This document shows positions 49,703 to 63,683 of a stretch of DNA of 64,000 bases, in pieces. The DNA comes from Cetorhinus maximus (lineage: Eukaryota), in assembly GCF_964194155.1 (NCBI RefSeq), contig NC_135899.1:2790001-2854000 (forward strand), in the 5' to 3' direction. Positions within the stretch are counted from its first letter, which is position 1. Every line of letters starts with the position of its first letter. Both the position numbers and the translations under genes were made by a program. The notes under the pieces were generated by a model. That model worked only from the letters and a program-made list of their open reading frames with translations, had not been told where the DNA came from and did not search any database.

Positions 49703-50934
49703 GGTTTAAGCAGTGCAACATTGAACCCATCTTAAAGCTTGTGCAAGCTTTGCCGGGCTCCATTTGTTTAAATTGGAAGATTTTTGTTGTGTTTTGAGGG
49801 GAATGGGCTTCAATCCCTCAAGAAACAGTTTCCCCCTTTCCAAGTGAGAGAATAAGTCGGGAACAGAAGCGAAGTGGCTTCCCTTTGTAAGATGCACCCC
49901 CAAAATGACAGGAAAGAAGGATTAAGTGACGGCAGGTTTGGGGGGTTGTGGGGGTGGGGTCTGGTGTGGCTGTATTTTGGGCGGAAGGTAATAATTTGAG
50001 GGAAACGAGGCATCATTGAGATCCCGAAAAGGAATGAGCTGGAATAAAAAGCAGACTTGTTCAGCTGCCCCAAATGAATTATCCAACAGTTTCCATTTAT
50101 ATATGGCTCTTAAGGTGCAAAAGAGAAATGGTAAATAACATGCCCTCGGCTCCTGAACTGGAAGAGACCTTTGAATGTATTAAGATTCAAGTTTGACCGA
50201 CTATCCCAGATTAGACATCTGGAAAAGGACTTGGCGCAGAGTTTGTTTAAAAGCTGATTTCCACTTCACTGAATAAGGGCAATGCTCCTTTTAAAATATA
50301 TGTCATGTATATATGTTATATATTGTGTATCTGCAATATGGTTGTGAAAAGAAGCCTTTCAGTCAAAGGCCACAGGGTTGAGACATCTTGCGCAAGGGAC
50401 GAGAAGCAATTCGTCAGGAGAATCATTGGCGACATTTTAGCGTCCCCTGAGAAAGAAACCCAACCTTAATCATAAATAAACCGAGTTTGTTATCAACAAT
50501 AATTATCATAGCCCGAGGATCAGAAAAGTCAGGTGCCATTTCTAAAGAAAGATTCAGCCCCGCGTTTTAACATTGTAATTAGAAAAGCCAATTTATGTGA
50601 ATTTATGAATTAAAGTGAATTTATGTGCATTTATTTCTGGTAAGTTTTAATGAGTCGCTTTTAGCATTGCAGGCGGCCGTGACTCTGTCCTGATTTACTG
50701 AGCTGGTGAATTCGAGTCCGTCCTCGGCCAGGTCCGCAGCCACATTTCATCTATAAATTGAACACAAGTTTCAGTGGATACTCTTAACTCTGTTACATTT
50801 CTATCTGGTCATGAAAAGGAAAAGTTCATATTTTAAAACTCTTAACTGCAGCATTGGCCCCAAAGTTCGTCTTGCCGCCCTGATGGCACAGAGGTTGGCA
50901 ATTCGGCCCATCGTCCCTGTACTGGCTCCGGGAA

Positions 50935-51530
50935 AAGAGGCCATTCGGCCCATTGTGGCCGTGCTGGCTCTCCGAATGAGCAATTCACCTCGTACCGCCC
51001 CCTCACCTTCTCCCCGTAACCCCGCACATTCTTCCTTTTCAGACATCAGTCTTTTCAATGCCTCCACCACACTCTCAGGCAGTGCATTCCAGACCCCAGT
51101 CACTCTCCGTGAGAAATTTTCTCCTCATGTCGCTTTTGCTTCCTTTGCCAATTACTTTAAATCTGTGGCTTCTCGTTCCTGATGCATTGGCGAGTGGGAA
51201 CAGTTTCTCTCTATCTACGTTGTCCAGACCCCTCGTGATTTTGAATACCTCTAACAAATCTCCTCTCAACCTTCTCCTCCAAAGAAAACACTCCCAACCC
51301 CTCCAATCTATCTTCGTAACTGAAGTTCCTCATCTGTGAAACCATTCTCGTTAATCTTTCCTGCACTCTCCCTCCCTCTCTAATGTCTTCACATCCTTCC
51401 TAAAGTGCGACACCCAGAACTATACATAATACTCCAGGTGAGGCTGAACTAATGCCCTATACAAGTTCATCATAATCTCCTTGCTCGTGTCCTCTATGCC
51501 CCTATTAATAAAGCCCAGGATACTAATATC
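50935..51530 (-). mobile_element. CR1 3' fragment
   Basis: LRGDLLEVFKITRGLDNVDREKLFP. Confidence 0.8.
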
Positions 51531-52300
51531 TTTTCCCATGACCTTGGGAGTTTCTTTTTGCCTTTTCAAGCATATATCCAATTGTTTTTTTGTGTGTAGG
51601 GTGGGGGGGATTTGAAGAGGCAGGGTGTGACTTTGTAAATAAAACTTCCACTTGTGTAGATTGATCAGGAGGTCAAAGAGAAACTCTTGTGACAGTAAAC
51701 TCACCACATTGACAACAGCTTCTCTCCTGGAGTTAAAAATAAACAGAAAAGCAGCATCCGTGGAGAGAGAGAAAGAGAGTCAACACTTCAGGCCATTGAC
51801 TTTATCAAATAACTCTGTTTCTCTCTCCTCAGATGATGTCTGACCTGCTGAGTATTTTCAGTTTTTGCTGCTCTTATTTCATGTGGGCACATTTCAGGTG
51901 AACGGGTGGCTAAGGAATGCTGTGGGAAGGAAGGGGAGAATCCAACTGCAGAATTGTTACAGTGCAAAAGGAGGCCATTCAGCCCATCGTGTCTGACCCA
52001 GCTCTCTGACTCAATGCAATAAATGCTGGCCCAGCCAACGACACCCACATCCCATGAAAGAATAAATCAAAATGGCAAAAGCTAGATACAGTGTAGATCC
52101 AAAGAGACTTGAGGTCCTGGTACTGAGAAATGGCATGAGCAGGAAGAGAAAGTAATCAAAAATACTAATGAAATGCTGGCCTTTCTATCAAAAGGCCTAA
52201 GGTACCAGGGAGTGAAAGCCATACTTCAGTTATATAAAGAGCTGGTCAAACCATTCTTGGAATATTGTGAGGAATTCTGGTCACCTCATCTTAGGAAGGG

Positions 52301-54825
52301 TAATGTCCCAGACACCACCATCACCATCACTGGGTATGTTCTGTCCCACCGGCAGGACAGACCCAGCAGAGGTGGTGGCACAGTGGTATACAGTCAGGAG
52401 GGAGTTACCCTGGGAGCCCTCAACATCGACTCAGGACCCCATGACATCTCATGGCATCAGGTCAAACATGGGCAAGGAAACCTCCTGCTGATCACCATGT
52501 ACCGCCCCCCACCTATCCACCTCCCCCCCACTCCCCCCCACTCCCCCGCCTCAGCTGATGAATCAGCGCTCCTCCATGTTGAACATCACTTGGAGGAAGC
52601 ACTGAAGGTGACAATGGCGTGGGGGACTTCAATGTTCATCACCAAGAGTGGCTCGGTAGCACCACTACTGACCAAGCTGGCAGAGTCCTAAATGACATAG
52701 CTGCTAGACTGGGTCTGCGGCAGGTGGTGAGGGAACCAAGAGGGAAAAGCGTACTTGACCTCATCCTCACCAACCTGCCTGCCGCAGATGCATCTGTCCA
52801 TGACAGTATTGGAAGGAATGACCACTGTACAGTTATTGTGGAGATGTACAGTCATTGTGGAGACGAAGTCCTGGCTTCACATTGACGATACCCTCCATTG
52901 TGTTGTGTGGCACTATCAATGTGCTAAATGGGATAGATTTCAAACAGTTCTAGCTACTCAAGTCTGGGCATCCATGAGGCACTGTGGGCCATCAGCAGCA
53001 GCAGAATTGCACTCACACACAATCTGTAACCTCATGTCCTGACATATCCCCCACTCTACCATTACCATCAAGCCAAGGGATCAACCCTGGTTCAGTGAAG
53101 AGTGCAGGAGGGCATGCCAGGAGCAGCACCAGGCTTACCTAAAAATGAGGTGTCAACCTGGTGATGCTATAACACTGGACTACTTGCATGCCAAACAGCA
53201 TAAGCAGCAAGTGATAGATAGAGCTAAGCGATCCCACAACCAACGGATCAGATCTAAGCCCTGCAGTCCTGCCACATCCAGTCCTGAATGGTGGTGGACA
53301 ATTAAACAACTCGCTGGAGGAGGAGGCTCCACAAATATCCCCATCCTCAATGATGGGGGAGACCAGCACATCAGTGCAAATGATAAAGCTGAAGCATTTG
53401 CTACAAACTTCAGCCAGAAGTGTCGAGTGGATCATCCATCTCGGCCTCCTGCAGAGGTTCCCAGCATCACAGATTCCAGTTTTCAGCCAATTTGATTCAC
53501 TCCATGTGATATCAAGAAACAGCTGAAGGCACTGGATGCTGCAAAGGCTATGGGCCCTGACAATATTCTGGCAATAGTATTGAAAACTTGTGCTCCAGAA
53601 CTTGCCACACCCCTAGCCAAGCCATTCCAGTCCAGCTGCAACACTGGCATCTACCGGCTATGTGGAAAATTGCCCAGGTGTAAGAGTGTGGCATCAAGAA
53701 GCCCCAGCAAAACTGGAATCAATGGGAATCAGGGAAATACTCTCTGCTGGTTAGAGTCATACCTAGCACAAAGGAAGATGGTTGTGGTTGTTGGAGGTCA
53801 GTCATCTCAGCTCCAGCACATCACTGCAGGAGTTCCTCAGAGTAGTGCCCTAGGCCCAACCATCTTCAGCTGCTTCATCAATGGCCTTCCTTCCATCATA
53901 AGGTCAGGAGTGGGGATGTTCATTGATGATTGTACAATGTTCAGCACCACTTATGACTCCTCAGATGCTGAAGCAGACCATGTCCAAATGCAGCAAGACC
54001 TGGACAATATGCAAGCTTTGGCTGACAAGTGGCAAGTAACATTCGCATCACACAAGTGTCAGGCAATTACCATCACCAATAAGACAGAATCTAACCAGCA
54101 CTCCTTAATGTTCAATGGCATTACCATCATTGAATTCCCCACTATCAACACCTGGGGGTTACCATTGACCAGAGACTGAACTGGACTAGCCATATAAATA
54201 CTGTGGCTACAAGAGCAGGTCAGAGGCTGGGAATATTGCAACGAGTAACACACCTCCTGGCTCCCCAAAGCCTGTCCACCATCTACAAGGCACAAGTCAG
54301 GAGTGTGTTGGAATATTACCCACTTGCCTGGATAACTGCAGCTCCCACAACACTCAAGAAGCTCAACACCATTCAGGACAAAGCAGCCCCGCTTGATTGG
54401 CACCACATCCACAAACATTCACTCCCTCCACCACCGACACACATTAGCAGCAGTGTGTACCATCTACAAGATGCACTGCAGGAATTCACCAAGGCTCCTT
54501 CGACAGCACCTTCCAAACCCACAACCACTACCATCTAGAAGGACAAGGACAGCAGATAGATGGGAACACTACCACCTAGAAGTTCCCCTCCAAGTCAATC
54601 ACCATCCTGACTTGGAAATATATCGCCGTTCCTTCACTGTTGCTGGGTCAAAATCCTGGAACTCCCTCCCTCCCTAACAGCACTGTGGGTGTATCTACAC
54701 CACACGGACTGCAGCGGTTCAAGAAGGCAGCTCACCACCACCACCTGCTCATGGGTAACTAAGGATGGGCAATAAATGCTGGCCCAGCCAGCGAAGCCCA
54801 CGTCCCATGAATGAATAAAAAAATA
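52301..54825 (+). mobile_element. Second LINE family (APE + RT, CR1-clade-like), internally deleted, nested in an older CR1 (52100-52300 / 54826-55210)
   Basis: APE motifs RQDRPSRGGG, GDFNVHH, LDLILTN; RT GVPQSSALGP, FIDD. Confidence 0.85.
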
Positions 54826-55664
54826 CATATACATTAACCTTGGATGGAGCACAGCAAAAATTTATTGGGATGTTAACTGGGCTCCAACAGTCAAATTATG
54901 AAGATAGATTGCTAAGGCTGTATTCCCAGGAGTTTAGAAAGTTGAGGGATAATTTGATCAAAGATGTCATGATATTCGGGGGGCACTGATTGGATGGATA
55001 GGGAGAAACTACTTCCACTGTCTGGGGAGATATGGCCAAGGGGCGCAGTCAGAAAATTACAGTCAGAACTTTCAGGAATGAAATCTGAAATCTCTTCTCT
55101 ACGCAAAGGATGGTGGACGTTTGGAACTCTCTTCTGTAAATGGCAATTGACCCTAGATCAATTGTTAGTCTGAAATCTGCGTTTGATAGGGTTTTATTAT
55201 CCAAAGGTTTTTAGAACAGAAGTTAAGCTGCAGAGTAGCCATGGGTCCCAAATCCTCCGATCTCCAGATCATTGGAGATCTGATGTTTGACCAAAAGTAT
55301 GCATCGGGAGCCCGCAGAAGTCCTGACAGGCTGAACCCTGTGGGAATTTCCCGGGAAGTTTGAACTTCCAATTGCCAATTCCCCTGCTCCCTAGGACCCG
55401 GCGTGAAAGTTACTCTGAGTTACTTACTTGGATCATTATCCAGAAAATGTGAGACAGAAAAGTCCCAGTCTAACTCCTAGGTAACGAAACAATTATACAA
55501 TCCCCCAAGCACTGACACTGACCCCTTCCGACATGAAAATCTGGGCCATGATCACTGTGAATAATAGAATAGGCTCAAGGGATAAAATGGCCTCTTCCTG
55601 TTCCTATATTCCTCTTTTTATTTCTCGTATCTGCATTATTTTGTATAAGAGCCCTTTCATCTAT

Positions 55665-56600
55665 TTTTCTTATTTGTCTTTGGGGTGTGATCATCGCTGG
55701 CTAGGCCAGCATTTATCACCCATCCCTAGTTGCTCTTGAGAAGGCAGTGGTGAGCTGCCTTCTTGAACCGCTGCAGTCCATGTGGTGTAGGTACACCCAC
55801 TGTGCTGTTAGGGAGGGAGCTCCAGAATTTTGACCCAGCGACAGTGAAGGAATGGTGATATATTTCCAAGTCAGGATGGTGAGTGGCTTGTAGAGGCTCT
55901 TGAATGCGATGGTGTTCCCATGCATCTGTTGGTGGTAAAGTCCCAGTTTGGAAGGTGCTGTCGAAGGAGCCTTGATGAGTTCCTGCGGTGCATCTTGTAG
56001 ATGGTACACACTGATGTCATTGTACATCGGTGGTGGAGACAGTGAATGTTTGTGGATGAGGTGCCAATCAAGTGAGTTGCTTTATCCTGGATGATGTCAA
56101 CTTCTTGAGTGTTGTGGGAGCTGCACTCATCCAGGCAAATGAAGAGTATTCCATTACACTCCGGACTTATGCCTTGCATATGGTAGACAGCCTTTGGTCA
56201 GTTACTCTCCACAGAATTCCCTGATCTGGTCTTGTAGCCACAGTATTTATGTGGCTGGTCTGTTAATATCTTGTCAAATTACATTGTTAAGGTTTATTAA
56301 TTACATCGTTAAGGTTAAGGGAAACAGCTGATGGGTATCTAAGCACATATAAATAGGGGATAGCTGGGACACTGGGTTGTGTGGGAGGAGAGCTGTGAGA
56401 CTGAGCAAGTCAATAAACTCTCTCAATAAAGAAAAGTTCCATGTCTTGGCTTTGTCTTCACCAACCTGATTGGATCCTATTAATATATTCCAGTTAAATT
56501 TCAATACTAATGCCCAGGATGCTGATGGTGAGGGATTCAGCAATGTTAATGCCATTGGCTGTCGAGGGGAGATGATTAGATTCTCTCTTGTTGAAGATTA
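55665..56600 (-). mobile_element. Second LINE family fragment interrupted by a short solo LTR-like insert (56261-56485)
   Basis: Insert TGTTAATA...TATTAATA with TATAAATA and AATAAA; degenerate 5-bp TSD TGGTC/TATTC. Confidence 0.6.
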
Positions 56601-58422
56601 TTATTCTAAGCTTTGGGCAGTGGAAGAATCAACACTGGTGTAATTTTGGTTGTAAGCAACTGTTCAAGTTTATTTAAAGTAAAATGTACAAGTAACAAGC
56701 CAAATGTTAATACAATAGATTTTTCTTGTTTGCAGATGGTTTAGCTCATGCACAAAATGAGCAAAAGATGCTACACTTTCACTGGCTCTTTCAGTGATAC
56801 CTATAGTGGATAGCCAAGGTCGCAGGGTCATTTGAGAATCAGGGTGTGGTCATCCCTGCTCTTTTGAGAGTTGTCCCAGGACCAGGTGAGTTTTTCATGC
56901 TCAGAGTTATGAGCACTGGAATTTCCAGTGGGTGTGGTGGAAGAGCTAAAACCTTGAGGGACAAAGCCTGCTGACAGGCACAGGATCTTGAGGGAAGAGG
57001 ACTTATGTTTCCTTTCAGCACACATGAGGCAAAGGGAAACCACCTCATGTACTCTTTTCCCTAGTCATATTGTTCATTGCAAGCAAAGATGGGAGGGTCT
57101 TATGGCTAATTGAAGACAAAAAGCACAGGAGCATGAGGCATCAAAAATAAGCAGGGGACCAATCCTTGGATAGGTCACCACTCATCCTGGACAGCAGCTG
57201 AAAAATCAGTCTTATCTCTAAAGTACATTCTAATAGTTAGGGAGCCTGGGAGAATGCCACCTACAAGATGCATTGCATTCACCAAGGCTCCTTAGACAGC
57301 GCCTTCCAAATCCACAACTGCTACCATATAGGACAAGGGCAGCAGACATATGGGAGCAGCACCACCTGGAAATCCCATTCCAAGTCACTCACTATCCTGA
57401 CTTGGAAATATATCGCCGTTCCTTCACTGTCACTGGGTCAAAATCCTGGAACTCCCCCCCTAACAGCACTGTGGGTGTACCTACACCACATGGGCTGCAG
57501 CGGTTCAAGAAAGCAGCTCAACACCACCTTTTCATGGGGAACTAGGGAGGGGCAATAAATGCTTCCCTAGCCAGCGACGCCCACATCCCATGAATAAATT
57601 TTAAAAAGCTGGACTGAAGCGACAAAGGCAACTGGCCAGCTGTTGTGCCCATCCACCATGAATGCTGTTTGGATGAGCTAAGGATCCAAACAGCGATCCA
57701 ACCATCAGTGCAAATAAGGTGATTTCTTATAGCTCCTTATCTGGTCCTGCACAAGGCAGAATGACCCTCCAACACCTCCCCAACTCCCCCTACCCCCAAT
57801 CCTACAACCTTCTCAACCGCACATCAAGATAAAACCAGGGTTAACCTGGAAGCAAAATTAAAGTGATTAACCACATCTCCGAAATTGGTAATGAAGGTGG
57901 CATGTGGACTCTCTGGTTTGATGTGTGACGGAATCTCAATCGGTCAGTCCCCCGTCCATCCTTGAGGAAGATGCCTAGATCAGCCACTGAACTCATTGGT
58001 GACCTATTTCATTCTGTCTTGCAAGAGAAAGAAAGAAAGACCTGCATTTATACAGCGCTTTACAGCCAGTGAAGCCCTTTTCAAGTGTCACTAGATAATC
58101 TCTTGTTGTGATGTTGATTGAGGGATGAATGTTGGCCAGGACACTGAGGAGAACTCCCCTGCTCTTCTTCGAAACAGTGCCTCGGGAGCTTCTAACTAGC
58201 CAAACCCTTTTGTTAATTTTCTCTATAACCATTGAAGTTGGTGCAAGTGCTGGTGTGGAATGGATGGTAAATGAACAAACAAAGATAAATAAAACCCAGT
58301 GGTTTACATTAGCTAATCTACAAAATTATCACTGAAGAGCTACAATAATTAACCTTTGAAATTCATTTGTCTTTGAAACGGAGACTCTTATGTGTGGCTG
58401 TAATGGCCCTAACCAGTCCACC

Positions 58423-59067
58423 TCACTTTGTTCCTGGATGGTGAGGTTTCGTCGAGGTAATTCCCAATGTTCTGCGCAGGGATTTCTTTATTGCCTGAAG
58501 GTGATCCCGCAGCCTGATTTGCCACCCCAATTTTCCTGTCTCCTCCTGCCCAGAGGGCATCACCCCTCCACTCTGCCCTGCTTGGCCAGTTCTCCCGTGT
58601 GCATCATCCGTGGCCACTGGTGGCTCACCCTTCCCTTGCCTGCCGTGTACACCCGCCTGCTCCCAATCCAAGCATGTGTCGCTCTGCTCTGTCGCTTCCT
58701 TCCCGTCCTTTAGTGATGCCCCATCAGCTGTTGGTCGCTCGTTTCGGGGGCGTTCATCATTTGCGCTCGCTGCCACCCTGAAGCTGTCTGGGTACTCAAT
58801 CTTTGCAAAGCCCACCGAGGAAATGTGCTCCCAGGCATCTTCCACACCCTCTGCCCCGCCGCCGGCCGTTTCACTTATGTAGTTGTTTTCCGCTCTCTGG
58901 CAGGCGCTGTCTTTCAAGTTATTGAGGACAATCCTCTCCACCTCTTCCAGGTACATCTGCTGATATTCCCACCAGTAGTAAGGCTTCCCGCAGCAGCGAG
59001 ACACGTGGCACAAGCTGATGCAAACCGCAATTGTAACTAGTGTCAGTAACAGGGCCAAGCCAATTAC
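58423..59067 (-). CDS. CALHM: CALHM/FAM26-family channel, last coding exon
   Basis: Acceptor CTTTCCACCCCAG|GTA; TM4 VIGLALLLTLVTIAVCISL, RCC, YWWEYQQMYLEEVERIV helix resembling the CALHM C-terminal helix. Confidence 0.7.
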   Translation of the reverse strand, partial: VIGLALLLTLVTIAVCISLCHVSRCCGKPYYWWEYQQMYLEEVERIVLNNLKDSACQRAENNYISETAGGGAEGVEDAWEHISSVGFAKIEYPDSFRVAASANDERPRNERPTADGASLKDGKEATEQSDTCLDWEQAGVHGRQGKGEPPVATDDAHGRTGQAGQSGGVMPSGQEETGKLGWQIRLRDHLQAIKKSLRRTLGITSTKPHHPGTK

Positions 59068-59940
59068 CTGGGGTGGAAAGGAGACAAGGAGGGTATGATG
59101 ATCAATGAAGGAAATGTCGCTGTTAAATGATATGTTAAACAAATTAAAAACAATTCTCAGCTATGAAAAGAGACTGGAGGTTAAAACTGAATCAACCTAA
59201 TTGATCTGTTAAGTAGCCTAGAGGGTCTACAGAGATAAATTTGTGACATTATCCACATTGTTACCAGCATGTTTGCTGAATAATTGTGCAACCTTAAGGT
59301 AATTAATCTCAGATGCAACCGAGAAAAGTAGGACTTGCATTTATATTCCGCCTTTCATGACCATTGGATCTCCCCAAGCACTTTACAGCCAATGAGGTAC
59401 TTTTTTACGTTAACATAAGCCAATTTATGCACAGCCAGCTCCCACAAACAGCAATGAACAGTTCACATGTTTTTGCCATTTTAATGGAGTGATACACATT
59501 GGTCAGAACACGGGGCTGAACTCCCTGGCTCTTCAAAACCAGGATCCTTAAGGAAATAAGACACAAGTTTTCCCACAGTCGCTGAATATTGGAGAGTTGG
59601 CTGGGTGCTAGAGCAAGGCAGGTGTTACTTCATACTGCTAAAAAAAAAAGGCAGCAACAGTGACTCAGATCCATACATACACCAGTGAGCTTGACGCTCT
59701 CTGGGGACAAAGTCATATCACAATGTTAGGAAGGAGGAGATGATGGTGTGGTGGTAATATCGCTGGTCTAGTAATCCTGCAACGCAGGCTAATGATTTGG
59801 GGACAAATTTGGGCTCAATTGATTTGGGCTCAAATCCCACCACGGCAGCTGGTGAATTTAAATTCAATCAGTAAATAGGGAATTGAAAGCTAGTCTCAGT
59901 AATGGTGGCCATGAAACTATTGTTGTTAAAAAAAACATCT

Positions 59941-60621
59941 TGTTGATGATGGTAATGCTGTTGATGTGGTGTACATGGATTTCCATAAGGCATTCGATAC
60001 AGTGTCACACTACAGACTTGTGAGGGAAGTTAAAGCTCATGGAATAAAAAGGACCGTAGCAATGTGGATATAAAATTGGCTGAGTAGCAGGAAACAGTGA
60101 GTAATGGTCAATGGATATTTTTCGGGCTGGAGGAAGGTTTGTAGTGGAGTTCCCCAGGGGTCAGTATTGGGACCCTTGCTTTTTTTGGTATATATTAATG
60201 ATCTAGATCTTGGTGTGCAGGGGACAATTTCAAAGTTTGTGGATGATACAAAATTTGGGAGCATTGTAAACTGTGAGGAGGATGGTGTAGAACTTCAAAA
60301 GGGCGTAGACAAGTTGGTGGCATGGGCAGATAGGTGGTAGTTGAAGTTCATTGTAGAGAAGTATGATTTAAAGTGATTTGCAGAAGAAGGAAATGTGACG
60401 TGAGAAAAAACTTTTTCACACAGCGAGTGGTTCGGGTCTGGAATACACTGTGGTGGAGGCAGGTTCAATTGAGGCTTTCAAGAGTGCATTAGATGATTAT
60501 TTAGATATAAACAATGTGCAGGATTATGGGGAAAAGGCAGGAGAATGGCACTGAGTCATAATGTTCATTCAGAGAGCCAGTGCAGACGCAATGGGCCAGA
60601 TGGCTTCCTTCTGCACCCCAT
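59941..60621 (+). mobile_element. CR1 fragment nested in a SINE
   Basis: SGVPQGSVLGPLLFLVYINDLD; SINE head 59735-59940 resumes at about 61495. Confidence 0.85.
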
Positions 60622-61465
60622 TGTAAGGAACATATCTTTTTATTTCTGTTGGACTGCTGTAAAGGACATATCGTTTTATTTTCTGTTGGACTGTTGATTA
60701 AAATTACAATGGCTGCAGCTTAAAGGACATGTCCACTGGAACAGGATGAGAGATATATACAACGTTGCAGTCCTGGAACAGAATGTGCTATGAAAGACAA
60801 GATGGTGCTGGAAAGGAGTCCTGGATCAAGGAAGCTGCCCGACAACAGCATTTTAATTGGCTCTTGACCAGGTTACCAGGGTTTTGTGTGGTAGCAGAGC
60901 TGAATAGCTCTTAGACTGAAAGTTAAAAGACCTAAAGCCTCTTTCTCCTGTGTGTGGAAGATTCCAGTAATTCCATGATAATAGCTATCTGGCTTTTCTC
61001 CTCATATCTCTCTGAAAAACCCGGTCAAGAGGCAAAGGGGAAAATAATTATTAGAGATATTGAAAGGCAAGTACTCTTTGGAAGACATTAATCAAAATCA
61101 ACCCACCGAATCCTGTACTCCGGAATTGGTGCTATTGAACTGTTTCATTCCACCCTTAAAATCCATGTTTTTGTGTGTCTTATGTGTCTTGTACGTGTAT
61201 GTATAGGGATTTAAGAAGGGGTAGAGTTTAAGTTATAGAGTTTGAAATTAGCAGTTCATATTTCTTTCTTTTGCCACTGGTTAATGACAGCTTGTTCAAT
61301 AAACAATTATTTACTTATTTAGTTTACAAACCTGGTTAACCTAAATTAAACAGTTAGGTAGAATTGGGCCAATCTGGTGATTTAGTCAAACTTTTCACAT
61401 TTGTCACGGTTCAGGGAACAGTGGGGCTTGATATTACAGTGCACTATCTCCAGTGAGTCATGACA
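60622..61465 (+). mobile_element. Probable solo LTR
   Basis: TGTAAGGA...TCATGACA termini, AATAAA at about 61298, interrupts the CR1 tail; no clean TSD. Confidence 0.55.
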
Positions 61466-62544
61466 CTAACAATTCTGTAATTCTTGATTCTGTGTTCATT
61501 AATGCCCTTGAGGAAAGGAAATCTTCCATTCTTACCTGGTCGGGCCTACACGTGACTCCAAATTCACAGCAATGTGGTTGACTCTTAACTGCCCTCTGAA
61601 ATAGCCTAGCTAGCCACTCAGTTCAAGGGCAAATAAGGATGGGCAACAAATGCTGGCCTTGCCAGTGATGCCCACATCCCATGAAAGGATTAAGAAAAAA
61701 TAAAGTAGAGAGACTTTATTTTGAGGTCTTTATTTATCTAGCAATTTCCTATGGTCCTATGAAGTGGCTACATACACTCGTGTAAAAGCCAATCTCAATG
61801 ATTTCTGGCCTAAAAAACATAATTTTTCATGTCCTTCTTGTAAAAGTTGACCCTAATTTTTCAGGGCTCAAAGCACAAAAATTTCTGAACCAAAGTATAA
61901 TCCTTGAATATCAATGACTCAATTTCATTGTAAGTGTGTAAATATTAGTGAAATGGTAAACAAATGCTTGAAATAGTCACACATTTAAGTTTTGTTTTTA
62001 TTTGTTCAAATTATTAAAGTGACCAGATTACGAAAGACAAACCTTGGTCGTGATTCTTAAAAAATCGTTAGCTAATTGATATGAATTCTTCAGTGTTGTT
62101 AGTTTTTACTTCATTCCATTGCAATGAGTTTTTTTAAATTTCACCTGGACCCACATCAAGCATACACATCAACTTCCCAAAAGCATTACCTGTGTCAAAG
62201 CTAACTTTGTGACTTTTGGACCTAAAATGTTGGTCTCAAGAATTTGACTTTTACATAAATATATACAGCAATTTTCACTAGACTGAGGGAGTGAACACAT
62301 GATCCAAGTCTCTACAGTACTAAGCAGCAGAGAGAATGCGGTTGTAGAGGGTGTTGTAGCTGATGTTGTTATCACTGCCTATTGTTCCCAAGTTGGAAAT
62401 CAAGAGGTCTACACACAGGTCTTCCTCCTCGCTTTCACATTGTGCTGAAAATAAGTTGAAAGGTAAAGTTTTTACAGGGATTCCTGGCATCACTGGCGGT
62501 GTGTTACAGTTCACTCAGGGAGCCTGAGCTGCTCTAGCAACATA

Positions 62545-62810
62545 CAATTTTACATACATGTTGTAGTCTGGAGCTAGGGATAATGATGGTAGAGGCTCCA
62601 ACGTTCTTTCCATCACATAGCTGACCACGAATCCCCCCTGCTCTTATTGCCTCCCATTGCCATGTCTTGGGAGGATTTGCAGGTTGATAATCGACCTGCT
62701 TGGCTGTGTTATGAATGCGCCTTCCTTGGCCTTCCTGGGGTGGGATTTGGACTTCTGGAGCTTCTGGTTCAGAGGTAGGGACACTAGCCACTGCTCCACA
62801 AGACCTCCCC
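62545..62810 (-). mobile_element. tRNA-headed SINE-like element
   Basis: TGGAGCAGTGG A box and GTCCAAATCCC B box; no intact cloverleaf. Confidence 0.45.
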
Positions 62811-63683
62811 CACCAGCAGTACCTGGGGGGAGAAAAACCACAAGGCCACATGCATTTGTTACTATATTATCAATGGAAGCGATTTTTACTCAGAATTTTA
62901 CTTAATGGTGCTGTCTCAGAAATCTCCATCCGTTAACTCTTAACTCATTCTTTCTGAAGACTTGATAAAGTCCTCTAACCCCAGCACTCCCACCCCCACC
63001 TCAATCCGCCTTCCACTATTTCACACTATCCTTGAAGGGAAGAATGTGAAGAAATGAGAACAAAGGTTACCAGAACCAGGGTTGGGGTAGTGGGATGGGA
63101 GTGGGAGAGGGGGGTCAGCGGGGAGGTGAGGGGAAATGCTATTTACAGAGCAGGTTGTTGTGATGTGGAATGCACTATCATGAAAGGGTTAGATTCAATG
63201 GCAGCTTTCCAAAGGGAATTGGAAATACTTGATATGGGTGGGAGGAGTGCGGGGTGAAGGGTACAAGTGGGTGGTGAGGCAGAAAATTGCAGCACCGTGG
63301 TGAAAGGAGGGGGGACTACGATCAGTTGGAAGGCACTTTCAAAGAGCTGACCCAGATGCAACTCGTTCTGTGCCCTGGGACTCCAGGGGCTCGATCAGTC
63401 AGCAGCTTAAAGAGACAAGAGGCAAAAAATAAAAGCAACTGCAGTCAGATAAGCAAGAGGATCATTGTTCCAAGAAACCTTTCCATCCTGGCTGCAACTA
63501 AAAGGGGAAATCTGGGGTATGGGAGGAACAGAGTGACAGGGTGCAGTGAAGTAGGGTTGTGAAGGCTAGTATGCAGCATAAATGCTCCAGCATAGACCAG
63601 TTCGGCCAAATGGCTACAAAATCCCGTGCAACCCTCTACAGTCTAAAGCAAAAAAAAAGAAAATTGTCCAAGCAGCAACTCAC

